This document shows, one piece after another, positions 24,071 through 38,300 of a stretch of 64,000 nt of DNA. The notes beneath the pieces are model-generated. The model was not told where the DNA came from, made no database searches, and worked only from the letters and a program-made list of their open reading frames with translations. Position 1 is the first letter of the stretch. Every line of letters begins with the position of its first letter. The translations under genes were made by a program, and so were the position numbers. Source of the DNA: Bugula neritina (lineage: Eukaryota > Animalia > Bryozoa); assembly GCA_964035545.1 (NCBI GenBank), contig OZ037769.1:11996633-12060632 (forward strand), in the 5' to 3' direction.

Positions 24071-27000
24071 CTAAGCATAATAATTGTTTAATTCATATAC
24101 TAGCACTTGTAACCAGTGCATGTCATTTAGCAACATTATACAATTTATTTATGTTATTGTCATTTAATTATAAAACAAAATAGGAAAAGCGGGTACATTT
24201 GTATTTGGCGAATATACTTGGTAAAGTGCTCCTGAAATAAAACATTTCACAGTCTATTTAATTATAGAGTTCTGTTCTGTTAGTTTTTGAAGATCAATGA
24301 GAATATAATTGTAAAACGTTGCAGGCTTTTTACCATTTCTTTGTAGACATACCACTTTTCTAAATAGATGTTTGAGACCTGTCTTTTTTTTCAAAACCAC
24401 AAAAATGGCAAACAGCTCATATATTGCTGTTTCAATAGTGATTGGTAAACATTCATTCTTCTTGCTACAAAAGTATATGAGATGCAAAGACACATTGTTA
24501 ACAAATGTGATTATATTTAATATTGTGCTCATTATTTTTAGAGAATATTTATTTTAAGCTAATTTTTGAACTTCAAAAATTAAAAAAATCCAAATTTTGT
24601 TATTTTACATCACTGGTAGAGGCTTTGTTAATAAAATCACATGTTGCACCTATTATAAGACACTACCATGTATAGTTGCCAGATATATTTTAGGCTGCTG
24701 ACCCACAAACCAAAAATTTAGAAACAAATACTTCAAAAAAATTCTTTTAAAACATTAAAGCAAAGAAAGCTGCTGTATTTGTACAATAATTTACATTAGA
24801 ATTATAATAACTAACCCAACTTTTTTATACTATGTATACAATAAAATTCTGTAATATTTTGTAATCACTCAAACAAACATTTATTTTGTTTCTGTAGTTT
24901 TAAAAAACAATTTATCACATATTAGTACGTTTTTTAGTTGAAGTGTTTTTGCTCTTTATAGCTAGCCTGGATTTTCACATAACAATTTTTAAAGTTGTGA
25001 TGAGCTTGAGTATCAAAAACAAGAAAATTGAATTATAACAAGTTAATCATAAATAACAGAAAATATATTTATATCTACTGCAGATACTCTTAAAACTTAC
25101 GACTTTGCAAAAAATGACAACATTGTTAACTATAAACTTTTACCGACTGCCTAGAAAATTACACATTTCTTATAAGAGCTTTTTTTCAAATGAGCATAAT
25201 ATATTTTAATGTAAAACAACATATTTAGCACATATCAAGGAAATTTAGGAAGATGGCCTACCAGTTTTCATACTTTCGATAATTTAAGGTTTGCAGTGGA
25301 CTAGTACTAAATGGCCTACAGAACATTTATTTTAAACGTACTGCATTACTAATAGTCTAGAAGTTTTAACCTTTAATTATTTTTCACTTGCTACGCTTTA
25401 AGGGCGGGTCATGTACACATTCTCCTTAAAAATGGAGAGTTTCAAGGATTCTAATTAGTCTGCAAAAGCTCTAGATTGTTCTGTGCAAACAGTTAGTCAC
25501 AAAGGTCTTCAACTTTATGGGAGTTGCTTTCTCCATTATTTTGGCTAAATATCTTAAAATTATTAAGGCTAATTTATAATAATGTTGTAGTTTTATGCAA
25601 AAAACTACTATGTGTAGATATGTGCGTCTGAGAGAGCTAGAACATAACTTTTTGTATTTATCCAAGAGAGAGAACTGTGAGTGTTTCGAAAATGATAATA
25701 TATATTTACAAACATAACATTGGAGAAAAGATATCAGATAAAACAGTAGTATACAACATCAGAACTATACATGAGTAGCAATACTAACTAAATACTACTG
25801 GGTGCACGGATTGTCTTGCTTATATTATAGGGGAGCTTAATCCTTTTTGGCTCGCAAGTTCAGGTCCCCCTGCAGATGACTATCTGTAGCGGAGGCCACC
25901 ATTCAGTCAAGTGCTGCCATGCGGCATGCATGGGAGTGTCACAGTAAAAAATAAAGATGCATAGCCAGTGTGCTTGCAGTAGTGTTAGTTAGTTGCTTAG
26001 ACTATGGTTCATATTGTGACCAAGGGAGGGGGTAGAGCATGATGTATGTCACGGTCATCACAATATAATACACACATAGAAACTTCTGCAGATGATCATA
26101 GATGCATTTTTCACTTTCTTGTAATATTTTTGTGAAAGCATCTGCATGAAGGAAAGTGGACCATGAAAAAACAAGAAAGCTGTAAAAATGTCTAAATATG
26201 GGTGACTCTATGTCTGATAATTATATTGATTGTCATCATAATTCTAAATATCACAACCAAGCACTTTTGCAAAAGATGGTAATGAGAAGCATGAGCAAGT
26301 TGATTATGGATTCTGAAGGATATTTTTAACTTGTGTGATTAAGCTTTACCAACAATTAATTTAAATCAAACGATTTATTATACATGTATATGCAAGGCTT
26401 TTAAAGCACTGCTGTTGATTTATAAATGCATACTGTTCTTACTATATTTTAATAGTGACTTCAGATCGGCAAAATTTATTTAGGTTAGTTATATTTACAG
26501 AGAAAATTCTCTAAAGATTTGCTATAATTTAAAATATATAATATGACTATGTTTAAGACACCAAATTGAAAAAAGATCTGGTGCTTTATTTAAAGATTAT
26601 GCGGGCAAGTACTTCTTTTATAAGCATTGCCATTTGTCAGAAAAGATAATAATTTCTTATTAAAAAATAGAACAAGCTGTTTGGGGCTGGTGGAGTAAAC
26701 CGGAAACACTAACACCAAGTATCATTACAAGTGCTGGTTAATTATGACAGACCTTTATTACATTTAAGTGAAGGGTTGCCTAAGGCTGCATGCAGGCTGC
26801 TACAAAAATATTGTTTATCCAATTTTAGGCAAAACTTTAGCTATCAATTCAGAAATTATGGAGGAAGCTTAGATGATAGCATTGAAACTATGACTCCAAT
26901 GCAAGTTTCCATAATGCATAAAGCATTTAGTCTAAAAGTAATCTCCAATTATCTTTTACTCAATACACTCCGAGGGTGAGCCAAGGACAAGCTGATTGAG

Positions 27001-27849
27001 TAAGCAAGAAACACTACCACCAGTTGCACCATCCTAAGTCTGAAGAGATTATTTAAAGCAAATCTACCATATTTGAGTTGAGGGCTAACTATAGGCATTT
27101 ATTGCTGAACTATAAAAATATTTCCTACACAATGTTTGACAGCATTTTGGCTATCACATTAGAAAGGATGATAGAAGGCTAGAAGATGGTAAAATAAAAC
27201 TACAAGTCTAATGCAGAGTTTCTCATCATAAGCATAAAACACTGCTATAACTAAACAGTTTATAACAAAAAAATAATTCACGAAATCAAGATTACCGCTT
27301 CCAATCTAATTGAATTCCCTACATGCTTTCACATTCTTTTAGAATTTTTTTTCTGATAGGCTCACAACACTTACTTACAATGTTAAACTCAGTCTATACT
27401 ATGAATAAGATTCTTATTAACCTATATGTGTCTTCATGAATGCTACCGAAGAGGAATTGGCCACAGATTGCTGGGCTTCACACATTCATCATGCCTAAAA
27501 CTCAACTGCTCTCTTTGGTGGAATTGCAGGACTTTAAGAACTGAAAACTGTTCATCCATTTTCAGTTTGTATGTTGACACACTCCTTACAAAAATTATTC
27601 TAACAGCGCATTCTTATAATTTTTTATGCAGAGTAGAAGTTTTCCGTGACTTATCCAGAAATCAGTTTTAAGATTAAGGACAGATTAGGGCATGCTATGA
27701 TAAATGGTCATGAAACAGCTGTTTATAAGGGTTCCAATCAAAATTTCTAGACAATTTTTCTGGCGATAAAGAAAAAACCTCTGGTACCTTTGTTTTTGTT
27801 TGAAACGTAAATAACAGAAACTATACTTTCTCTCTGTGAACTCTACTTT

Positions 27850-28047
27850 ATACGACTTACATAATTATATCATGTTATAAATTTAAGCATGCACTTGACT
27901 TCAGTTGTCTTATGAACTCTACTACGTTTTGAAAATTTTGGCTAAATGCAGGTTTTCTCAAATGCAACAACGTAGTAGAGTTCATAAGACAACTGAAGTC
28001 AAGTGCATGCTTAAATTTATAACATGATATAATTATGTAAGTCGTAT
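27850..28047. repeat. perfect 79-bp inverted repeat with 40-bp spacer
   Basis: 27850-27928 is the exact reverse complement of 27969-28047. Confidence 0.92.
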
Positions 28048-28729
28048 TCATATGTCTTTAACTTTTTAGCAATGCTTGCTAGCATTTCGTACCATAGAAC
28101 CTTGTACTATAATGATTATATTTGTGTGTGAATTTAAATTAAAATACTCCTCGTGTATTATTTTATGAAGCTCTCAACTTCAAGTCAAAGGAGACTTTAA
28201 CTACAACTATATAAATATAATATTATTTTAAATTTATGCATTCCACTTTGTTGTAAAGCACACAAGTTCATACCAAAAATTCACATGTTTAAGTATCAGT
28301 TGACATTTTATGAAGTGAAATTGATTGATTGATTGATTGATTTTATTTCTATCACTAACATGATATATGTTGTGAAAAAAGGTGTTAAATACCGATGCCC
28401 ATGATATTAAAAATGATAACAGTGTAAACATACATGGCTTAAAAATAGGAGTAAAAAGTCTCTGAGGCTGGAAGTTCAATTAACAAAAATTATTATACAA
28501 GTTTAGTTAGCTTGAGTGCTGCCTGGCGTATCCTAGGTGTATGTAATAATCCGGGCAGTTCATCCAGCTTGTAGCATACAGATTGTACATTGGTCAGTAT
28601 GATGGCTGGCAGGGGAACTCTTGAGTTTTTAACTTGATGTTTCACACGAACCCGGCTCGTTTTCCTCTTTTTCTTGCTCTATAAAGTATTCCAGGGTCAA
28701 CATTTTAACTATGATGTAGTAGAAGGAGT

Positions 28730-28970
28730 GTATACTATATTATCAAATAGTATATACTCCTTATACTTTATCATATAGTATATACTCCTTGGACTACATC
28801 ATATAGTACACACTCCTTCTACTATATCATAATATAGTATACACTCCTTTTACTATATCATATAATATACACTCCTTCTACTATATCATATAGTATACAC
28901 TCCTTTTACTATATCATATAGTATACACTCCTACTATATATCATATAATATATACTCCTTGGACTATATC
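28730..28970. repeat. minisatellite, ~28-bp unit ACTATATCATATAGTATACACTCCTTCT
   Basis: About 8 tandem units; 2-3 related units at 20470-20540. Confidence 0.85.
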
Positions 28971-29252
28971 AAGTACAGTGTTTTCTGAAACAAAACTTTT
29001 AGACACTTTCATAAATATTTACAGTTCAGCCTGTCTGCTTTTAATTAAATTCTGTATTTTCCTATCTTTTGTATACATTTTTACAAAAATATTTGCTATT
29101 TGATACTCTCTCATGTTGGTTATTGAGAGAAAATATGTAGGTAATGATTAAACAGATGACCATGTATTGCTCTTTAGTCTCATCAAAGATGCCAACCTAA
29201 TAGATGATGGTATATGTAGACATATATGTGGTAAGGAGTACATTAGATACTC

Positions 29253-31375
29253 CTGTCATACCAATCCTTTGTATTGCTTTAAATTTCTTAAACCTGTTTA
29301 TGTTGATTACATAGTGGGTATAGTTAAAAATAGAGTGTGCCCCTTATACCCTGGATCAAAATTGTTGGGCACAATGCCAAGTTGCTGTTGCTCTCCATCA
29401 CAGCATCAAACCTTAAGTTGATTAGCCAGCACAGGTGTCTATCTGTCAACTGCATAGAACACAGCTATGCCGTTACAGCTGCATGTTTTTCTGGCGGATC
29501 CAAGTGTATATGAACTTATTATAGGATCTATAGTATACTATTTGATACTTATGAAACTGACCAGATATTTTCTTTGACCCAATTTATCATCTCAACCTTA
29601 AAGACTACCTCACAGAGTTCCTCCACTCTCTATTATTGTGTGCTTATTACGAGACTTTCAGACTTAGTTTAACTTTATCAGAGATTAGACTATTGCAGTC
29701 TATATTAGTATGTCTAACTGTTGAATATATATTACGATATTACTAACTGCTGAATATATATTACTATATCACTTAATGTTGAATATATTACTATATTACC
29801 AACTGTGGTATATATCACTATATTACCAACTGTTGAGTCTATTACTATATTGCTAACTGTTGAATTTGTTGCTATATTACCAACTGTTTGATATATTACT
29901 CTATGCTTTTTACTGTTTCGTGTATCTAAGTCATTCAATTTGCCAAAAAGTTGGAACTTTTTATCTCTTACAACCGAAAATACATTTTGTCATGCTGACT
30001 GACATGTTTGCTGATTAGGGACAGACAGTCAAGAGTATTGCCACCTATGCCCCATATTTTTACATTCTACAAGTACACATGCAAGTTCAAAGTATCGATT
30101 TTAATATTCTATTGTATAGTGAATATTTAGCTTTGAGATAAAACAGATGTGTGTTTGGTTTATTTCAGTCACTTTGTTTATCATTTCATAAAACTGCTGT
30201 CGGTAGGAATGTAGGGGTTCTTTACATATTATTATTTTACTGATTCGCACTATTATTCTAAAGAGTTGAGCTCAGATTGAAGTATCAATTCACTGGTAAG
30301 TTAATTCATACTATTAGCATTCCATCAAACCCATCAATTACTTCTGTAAAGACCTTTTATAAGTCTCTCCTATTTATCATGCTGCTGAAAATCAACATAT
30401 TAACACCAATGCTTCCTTAATCTTTCTCTCATGTTAATTAGTCATAACTTTCTGTTATGTTGAATAGTAATAATTTTTTGTTTTCTGTAAAATAATAGAT
30501 ATCAACTACTCTACTCCAAATACATATATAGTGTGTCATCACCCTCGTTTTACTCCCTTACTGTTGGCTAAGGGTAGTGCCCTTTGATGGTTGTCACAGT
30601 ATCAAAGCAATTAGATCAACCAATAGAAACTCTGCTCTACTAATTACACACCCACCATCACACTGTGGACTATAAAAACCCAGTGTATACTTCGTCTCTC
30701 ATAGCTGAGAGCAACTTGCTCATAGTTCTGTATAATATCATACTGTATACTTGGTATGATCTACATAATATCCATATTACTCTCTGCACGCAAGAACTGC
30801 TCTTTGGACAGATATTGAAAGTGAGTGTTATATAACAATACACTGTATAAACTATTTCTTAGTAGTAACTGTATGACACTTGCTTTAATCACATGTTTTA
30901 TCAGCTACACAATGTCATATTTTGTTGTCTCGACTCCACTTTTCTGTGGCTACAAAAGTCATCTTTAATTTAGGCCGTTCAAATATTTTTGGAGTGCTGC
31001 TGGTTGTGTAATGTGTATGTAAATGCTGTAATAATATCCTAATGTGTATAATATTAGACTATGCTATAACTATATATATAATGCGTATATTATACGACAC
31101 TGTGTATATTATACAATTTTATAAATATAATGTGTAAATTATATGATATACTGTTTATGTTATGTAATTTTATGGTTATATGTGAATACTTTATGATACT
31201 TTGTTATATATTATACAATAAGTATTATAAATATAGTGTGTATATTATAATATGATGATGTGTATGTTATGTAATGTTATAACTATAGTCTGTATATTAT
31301 ATGATACTGTGTATGTAATGTAGTACTATAACTCGATGTATATAATACATACTGGTAGATTGGGAATATCAGTAT
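29253..31375. repeat. right arm of a large inverted duplication
   Basis: Reverse complement of 18039-20471 with a shorter minisatellite. Confidence 0.92.
30560..30826 (+). promoter_or_regulatory. putative promoter and non-coding exon 1 of the plus GTPase gene
   Basis: CCAAT (~30620), TATAAAA (30671-30677), donor AAA|GTGAGT at 30821, 1.5 kb upstream of the ATG exon; conserved in two other copies. Confidence 0.55.
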
Positions 31376-32294
31376 TTACTATGTAGTTTAGATGTAATCT
31401 CACAACTAAAGCTCGGAGATTAAATTTTGCAGTTTTTTATAATGCGCTAGTTCATAGATAAAAGTCCACTCTGAATTTTGTAGTACATGTTACTAAAGTA
31501 TTTTTTGATGAAAGTTCTTGTAAAGTGGAAATAGAGAAAACATTTTTAGTTCTAAACAGTAATGAAAATTGTACCGTAGAAATGAGTTATGTGCGTTAGA
31601 TTTGGCCTCTCTTTGTAATCTGTGGAGGTACAAACTGTACAGCTAAAACATAATTTTTGCTGTGGATCTGAAAGAATATATTTTTATTTATTTGTGCATA
31701 CTAATCAAATTAGGATCAGATTCAACCAAATAAACAAAGTTTCAATATATTTGTTGTGTTCCACCCAGTGGCTTATTGTACCCCAATACCGGGCACAATG
31801 AGCTGATTTTTTCGTCATGAAAATTCCATTATTCTGAAAATTGTGAGAAAGATAGAAACAACAAAGTAATACTTGTAATAGACAACAGATGCAGCATTTA
31901 AACTAGAGATTATTGAACTATTAACTTGAAAACAGATGAATGAAAGCAAAAAGTTCAAAAATCAGCCCATTGTACCCCCCACGTTACCCCTATAGTGATA
32001 ATGAGTTTCACAGATTAGTCAGGCCCTTCAAACATCTCAACTGCCTTAAAATTTGTGTGGCCTGCTCTTTGGGTGTAATGACTGAAAAAGCAATAGCGAT
32101 TACTTCTAGGCTAATATTATACTGGTGTTAATTATAACAATAAAAACTAGGTTATATTCTGCTCAATATAATATTATACTATAACAATGTTGGCTGTAAA
32201 CCCATATTATACTGCTCAATACCACTATCAAATTCCAATTCTATGTATTTATCTTTATAGGCATTGAAAATTCAAATGTTCTTATGTTTTACAG

Positions 32295-32330
32295 ATGGCA
32301 CGTAGAATATTGTCATCTTTTAACTTTACG
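32295..32330 (+). CDS. plus GTPase gene, probable first coding exon ([12 protein letters not shown])
   Basis: ttttacag|ATGGCA...TTTACG|gtgagt, 36 nt, phase 0; same ag|ATGGCA context as the minus paralogue. Confidence 0.6.
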
Positions 32331-35300
32331 GTGAGTTCCACTGAGTCTAAAGTATGTAGCTCTTTTTTCTTGCATAAATGAAGTCAAATGGTGTCAGGTG
32401 GAGATAACACAGGTAAAAATAGCACATTCTCAAAATTTGAGATGGGAACTTGGTTTTTCGGGTTTGAGTTTGGGGTTTGGGAAAATTTAACATTAGTGTG
32501 CCATTAGTACCTACTTTTCTTTTTATGCCATTATTAACTGTGCCATTATCACTTGTGCCATCGCTATCTAAAATCCTGATTAGTATTCCTAATATACTAT
32601 TTTGATGTTGACTGTTAATTTAGAGTTGACATAGTACATAGCTTAAAAGCCAACTGTATTGCTAATTACTTAAATAATATCTCACACACTTTAATCATGC
32701 AGTACTAAAATATTTTTATATATGTTAGTTTTCATTTGCATACCGTTTTAAGGTACTTAGATGCTTAAGAAATTTTGTTTTATAATGAATTTTTTTCCCG
32801 AGTATTGAGGTAGTTTATAAAGTTACTCGCCTTTACACAGGTTATCATAATAACATATGGTTTATTTTTGTTCGAAAATGTACTAAAATTATTTGGATTT
32901 CTGATTGCTTGGAAATAAAATTTTCGGTCGGCTTTGATTTTACTGCTACTATAAAACTTATCCTAATTAAAGCTAGTTTTTATTACATGCTATTGTTAGC
33001 TGCTTCAATTTACAGCCTAATCATTAATATGGCTTGGAGGTCTAAACTTTGAACTTTCAAGCTATATCAATGATTAGCCTGTGCAGTTCAAGCTGGCAAG
33101 CCGAATCTTGGTAAAGTTCAATGTTGAATGCGTAGGAAAATTGAACAGAAATTAAGTGCCAAAAGATTTCAAGTTACAAGTGAGGGAGGTAACTCTATAA
33201 AATACCACACACACCCTCTATCAGAAAATACACCTTCTAATACAACATAAACTAATGGGGAAAAATGGCACAAAAAAAGGAAACAGGGGGCCAGAGGAAG
33301 CAAGATGTTCTGCCTGTGTGAAATGCCTAATGCACTGGTGGCACAAGGCGTAGACCCGTTGGTAGGATTATTCTCCACACGAGCAAAAATATGTGCATGA
33401 TGTTGTGAGGCATGTACCCTTAGTCGCCGTGCTGTGGAGAATTTTCTCCTGCATCGGCGACACTTGAGGTTGCCTGCCTCAACACACGCTCTGTCTATCT
33501 TGTGCCGGGTATCCGCTGTGACCCGGTGCTGGTGGTTGGTCAGCACCCTGGGCAGCTCCAGTGCCCTCCATCTTTGGCCTTCTATTTCAATTGCCACCGC
33601 CCCGCTGTCCATATCATCTGATCTTCCCATATCATCTGGACTTCCACAGGTTCTGGAGCAGGCTCTACTGAAACAATCGGGACATGCTCAGCAGATAAGG
33701 AAAAATTCCCCAGGCTGGTAGCAGCTGAACCAGGGTTCCAAATAGAAAAGAAACCTGGCTGAGCTGCTCCAACCTCATCCAGATCTATCAAATTATCTGG
33801 AATATTAAGCACAGGCCGTGGCTGACCGATAGTACTACAACCGAAAGTTCGACATTTGCTTGTATGGTGCTTTAAAAGCTGGAATATTAAGCAAGTCTAA
33901 AATATCCACCAACCCTATGCCCTGGTCAGACAGGTCATCAAGGGAAGACTCATCTCCTAAGCTCGCCTGAAATTCTCCAATTACGGTGGCTATGACCCGA
34001 ATAATTAATTGAATTTGAGTATGAGTTGGACTGAACTTTAAAAGGGAGGGGTTTTTTCATACAGAAATATTTGACTGGACGTGGTTGTCTGAAGTTTTTG
34101 GCAAAGTGATACTTGTTCTTGAAATTTTAAAATTGAAATCAGTGTGCCCGTTTGTAACTGGAATAAGAGTTAAAATGACCAAGCCTCGTGTTGTCAGATT
34201 TTCATGTGATGACCCGCCAGTCATTTGACTCGTGTTCCGGTTTTCGGCCCGTACTTTAAAATTCTTCAGGGGAGATTTCGCAGCTTTGGAGACATCTGGC
34301 CATGTGGGGGTCAGAATATATAACTGTATGAGGTGCATTGCTTCTTGGTGGGGATATGCCCACGGGCGCCACATGGTAATCAGCCAGATAATTTGGGTTT
34401 CCTGCTTTTTTGCTGTCTCTCCAACTGCACTGGTGTACCAGATTGCTGTGAGAGTGTCACAGGGGAAAAGGTCCTTTAGTTACTCACTTCAGCCAAGGAA
34501 GCAATTTCTGTTATCATGGCTAGACCCAGGACCGGCCGAACTGAGGATCTGGGGAGAGAAGAATGAGGAGGAGGTTCAGGTGCACCGTCGGGCTAAACTG
34601 GATCGCGGAAAATGATTTCCCAGTCTCTTGGCTGAGCCAGCCGTCTTCTAGAGATGGACGGGCTGGCTGGTTCTATCAGTGGAGGTGCCTGTTCTGCTGC
34701 ATCTAGGCTGCCATGGAAGAGTTTTGACCGCTGCTAATTTTGGACCAAGACTTGTCTTGAGTGCTCCACATGGTACGTGGTACGTAGGGTTGGCCCGAAG
34801 GGCATTGGCGTGTCCGGTTAGTTTTCTGACCAAAAAGGGCCGTGCTCCAAACTATGAATATTGTTTTTTCCCAGCTGTTTTTCTACACCAAGGTGGGTGG
34901 GTCCTTCGTCCCGTCTCTTGATGTGTAGACGCTGTTTGCAGTTCTCCTCCGGCCGATGGCTCCTCCCGTCGGCGTTCCTGTGCTTCTTCTCAGCACGATG
35001 CTCCATCCTAGAGGAGAAACTTGGCAAGAATCTCCAGCCATGGGGCTACCTGGCTTGAAGGCTCTGCATGATTGCACAGCCATATCAGGAATGCATGGTC
35101 ATTTTGTAACCTGAACGTTCTCTTATACAGGTATGGCTAGAAGTGCTTGACAGCCTTGACTACTGCCAGGAGTTTTTCCCGGGTGGTGCAGTAGTTCTTC
35201 TTGGCTGTTGAGGAGGTCTTGCTGTAATAAGTCACTACAACCTTCGTCTAGGATGTACTCATTAGCCAGGTCAGGGTACGCAAAGATACGTGCCTTGAGG

Positions 35301-38300
35301 TGGTCAAACACCTGCTGCTCCTCCTGTGTCCACTGCCACCGGACTCTCTTAGCAGTTAGCTGATTCAAAGGCTGAGCCACTCTTGCACACCCAAGTGTAT
35401 ACTGCCTGTAGAACTCCACCAGGCGCAAGAATGTCCGCAACTCAAGGACATCTCGGAGGACAGTCCACTTTTTCACAGCCAGCACCTTCTCCAAGTTCGT
35501 AGCGCTGCCTTCACAACTAGTCACATGGCCAAAGTACTTGACTTTCGGCTGTAGGAGTGTAAACTTGGAAAGCTTCAGCTTTAGTCCGGTAGCTTGAAGA
35601 CAGTCAAAGACCTTTTGCAGACGACTGACTTGAGTCGTAAAGTCTGGGGAGATAACTATGGCATCGCTTAGATAGATGAGCAAAGTTTTCCAATGCAACC
35701 CACCAAAGTCCTACTTCATGAATCGTGGGAAAGTTGTCGGGGCGGACTTCAGTTCGAATGGCAGTACTACTTTCCATTTCCAGAGCCCGTCACGGGTGAT
35801 GAATGCCGCTTTTTTCTGTGCATCATGACTGAGGGGCACCTGCCAGTATCTGCTCAGCAGATCAAAAGTATGAAAGTACTTGCTTCTCAAGAGGGCATTC
35901 AAAGACTCATTTATTCGAGGAAGGGGGTAAACATCCTACACTATTGAGCGTGCGCTAGTTTATGCAGAATCTCCAGCTACCATTCTTCTTGTTGACCAGG
36001 ACCACTGGAAAGCTCCACGCCCCTTGGGCAGGCTTAATAAAGTCTTGATCGAGAAGATCTGCACTTGTCTGCTTACCTCCTTCTCCGGGCCTAGTCGTTG
36101 AGTTGGCTGCCTGATAGAAGTAATCCTGACTGCCAAGGATATTTCATGGCGCACAACGTTGGTCAGCCCCTTGTCTTCATATCTATAGCTGAAGACATTA
36201 CTGTATTCCACGGGTAGTTGAGCCAGTTCTTAGCATTTGGTGCTACTATCACAGTTCTCCCAGCCTTCACCATACAGGTCAGTCACGTGCTCTGGTATCA
36301 CTACCTGCCTGGTCCAACGGGGAATTTCTTGGATGTCAGCTACTGTTTTCAGTGTCGGCCACACATCCGTTTTTGGATGGAGTAGTACCTCCCCACCAAG
36401 GCGCCAGCTGGCAGTTTGATAGGTCCAGTGAAAGGGTTGATGCATTGTACAAGGAGCTTTTCCTGGCAGTCTAGCCAATTTAGGCTGTTTGCCAGCTAAA
36501 TATTTTCCGGCATCCCTTCCACCATTCCCAGTTCGATTAGTCTTTTGCAGTTCAACTTGCAGCGTAGGGTAGCCTGGGATTGTCCGGGTACCGTGCAGTC
36601 TTTTACCACCTGAACTTTGTGCACCACGGGGTCTGCCAAACTTGTCTATGCAGACAAGTTTTTTTCCAGCCATCACCAACGCCGAGTTTTAGAAGTCCAT
36701 GCAACATTGGTGTTTCTCCAGAAACGGCATGCCCAGAATTGTGTCTTTCTTTAGAGGGCTGACAAAAAAAGTCTTGTGGATCACCTGATCACGGACTCGT
36801 CCAGATAGGGTAAAAACGCCATAGAAGGGAATGCATGATCTGAGTGCTAAGGTACTTCTCGAGGGCTCCAACGGTGTCAGAGAAGTGCTGACTTAATAGG
36901 TTGGTAGTACAACTGGTCTTCAGCAGGAAAGTGGCAGCTTTAGCCGCAATTTTTTCCGGGAAGGAAGTAGCTGCTTTCGTATAGTTGAACACTCCTGGAG
37001 TGGTCGGCCTCTGTGAGAGACACTTCTTGGGTCTTCACTGTGGATCACCTTTTTGTCTTTGCAACCTTGGGGGTTTTTTTAAAGATTTAGAGAGTTTTTT
37101 GGGAGCCTTTTGTGAGTAAGCTGTATTTTCCTAAGTGACCTCGTCGGATAACCCGCAAGCCGTTGTGGAGTGGCCAGTTAGAAAGCTCGGGCAAGCCTTG
37201 GGGTCTCCAAGATCTCCGGAGTGCCTACCACCCTGTACCAGTAGACTCCATCCGAGTACCGTGCCGCATGACAGAAAGTTCAGGTGGGGCTTTGGGCTCC
37301 CTACTCTTTTGCGTTGGTCGTTCAGTGTTGACGACCCTTCTATCGTTTTCCCAGATGCCGTTTGAGCTCTCCGCGGGATGGAATCTATTTGGGGCCCACG
37401 GTTGGCGGAATCTATCATAAGCCTCGGGTGTTTAAAGGCATCCTCTCCCTTTTAGAAAATTGCCATTGTACGTAGCCCAAGGTGCCACACACCCCGTAAG
37501 TGGGTTGGTTAGGCCTGGCAGGGTTGGCCCGAGAATTTGGTGTCCGCCTGCAAGCCTGTTGTTGTTGCATCTATCTCTACTCCATTCAATTGCCGGCCCT
37601 TCACCATGTCCAACAACATTGTGAACTGCGGGAAGGCAGGTGTCATGTCAGCAACGGTGATGACTTGAACCTTCTTTTTGGGCGTCTCCTCTACTCAATT
37701 TGCAGTAAAATCTGCTCTATGGCAAGTGTCTAATTAATAGTAGGACCGTCCCATGTTCAGAGTTTTTTCTGTAATGAAGATGTTGGCTGCCAGGTAGTAC
37801 GTCTGGAGTCTACCGTTGTTTACGGTTCTGAAGAAGGCCTTGCAGACCAGGTCCCGCCGTTTCTCTGGGTCGATTCAGCTATATGCTATCAGTGCCATGT
37901 CTTTATGATGTTAGCATGGTCCTGTAGAAAGGCTCTTCTATCTTTTCGCATGCTCTATAATTTGTCCCAAGCATCCCTGGCGTTCATGCGGAAATGTGCT
38001 CGGAGCGTCTGGAAGTTGTGGTAGACATCATCTTCGAGCGCATAGCTTTTAGCTGGTTCAGTCAAATAGTTTCTTGGCCGGAGAAGGCGTACCGGTGCCA
38101 GTCAATTGGTGATGGTAGCCACGTCTTCGAATTTCTTGATACACCGTTGGACATCGCTGTCGCTTCAGAAAATTGGTGGAGGAAGGCGATGCCTGTCACT
38201 AGGGGGTGCTTGATTAGCTCCGCCGACTTCTTGGAAAACTGTTATTAGGTTCTCTATTATGAAAGCCTCTTCTTCTTCCATTCTAGCAATCTGGCTCCTC

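Noticed and set aside
19500-28970. CRISPR-like appearance of the ~27-28-bp repeats at 19500-20010 and 28730-28970
   Set aside because: Head-to-tail degenerate units with no unique spacers, no cas genes, eukaryotic context.
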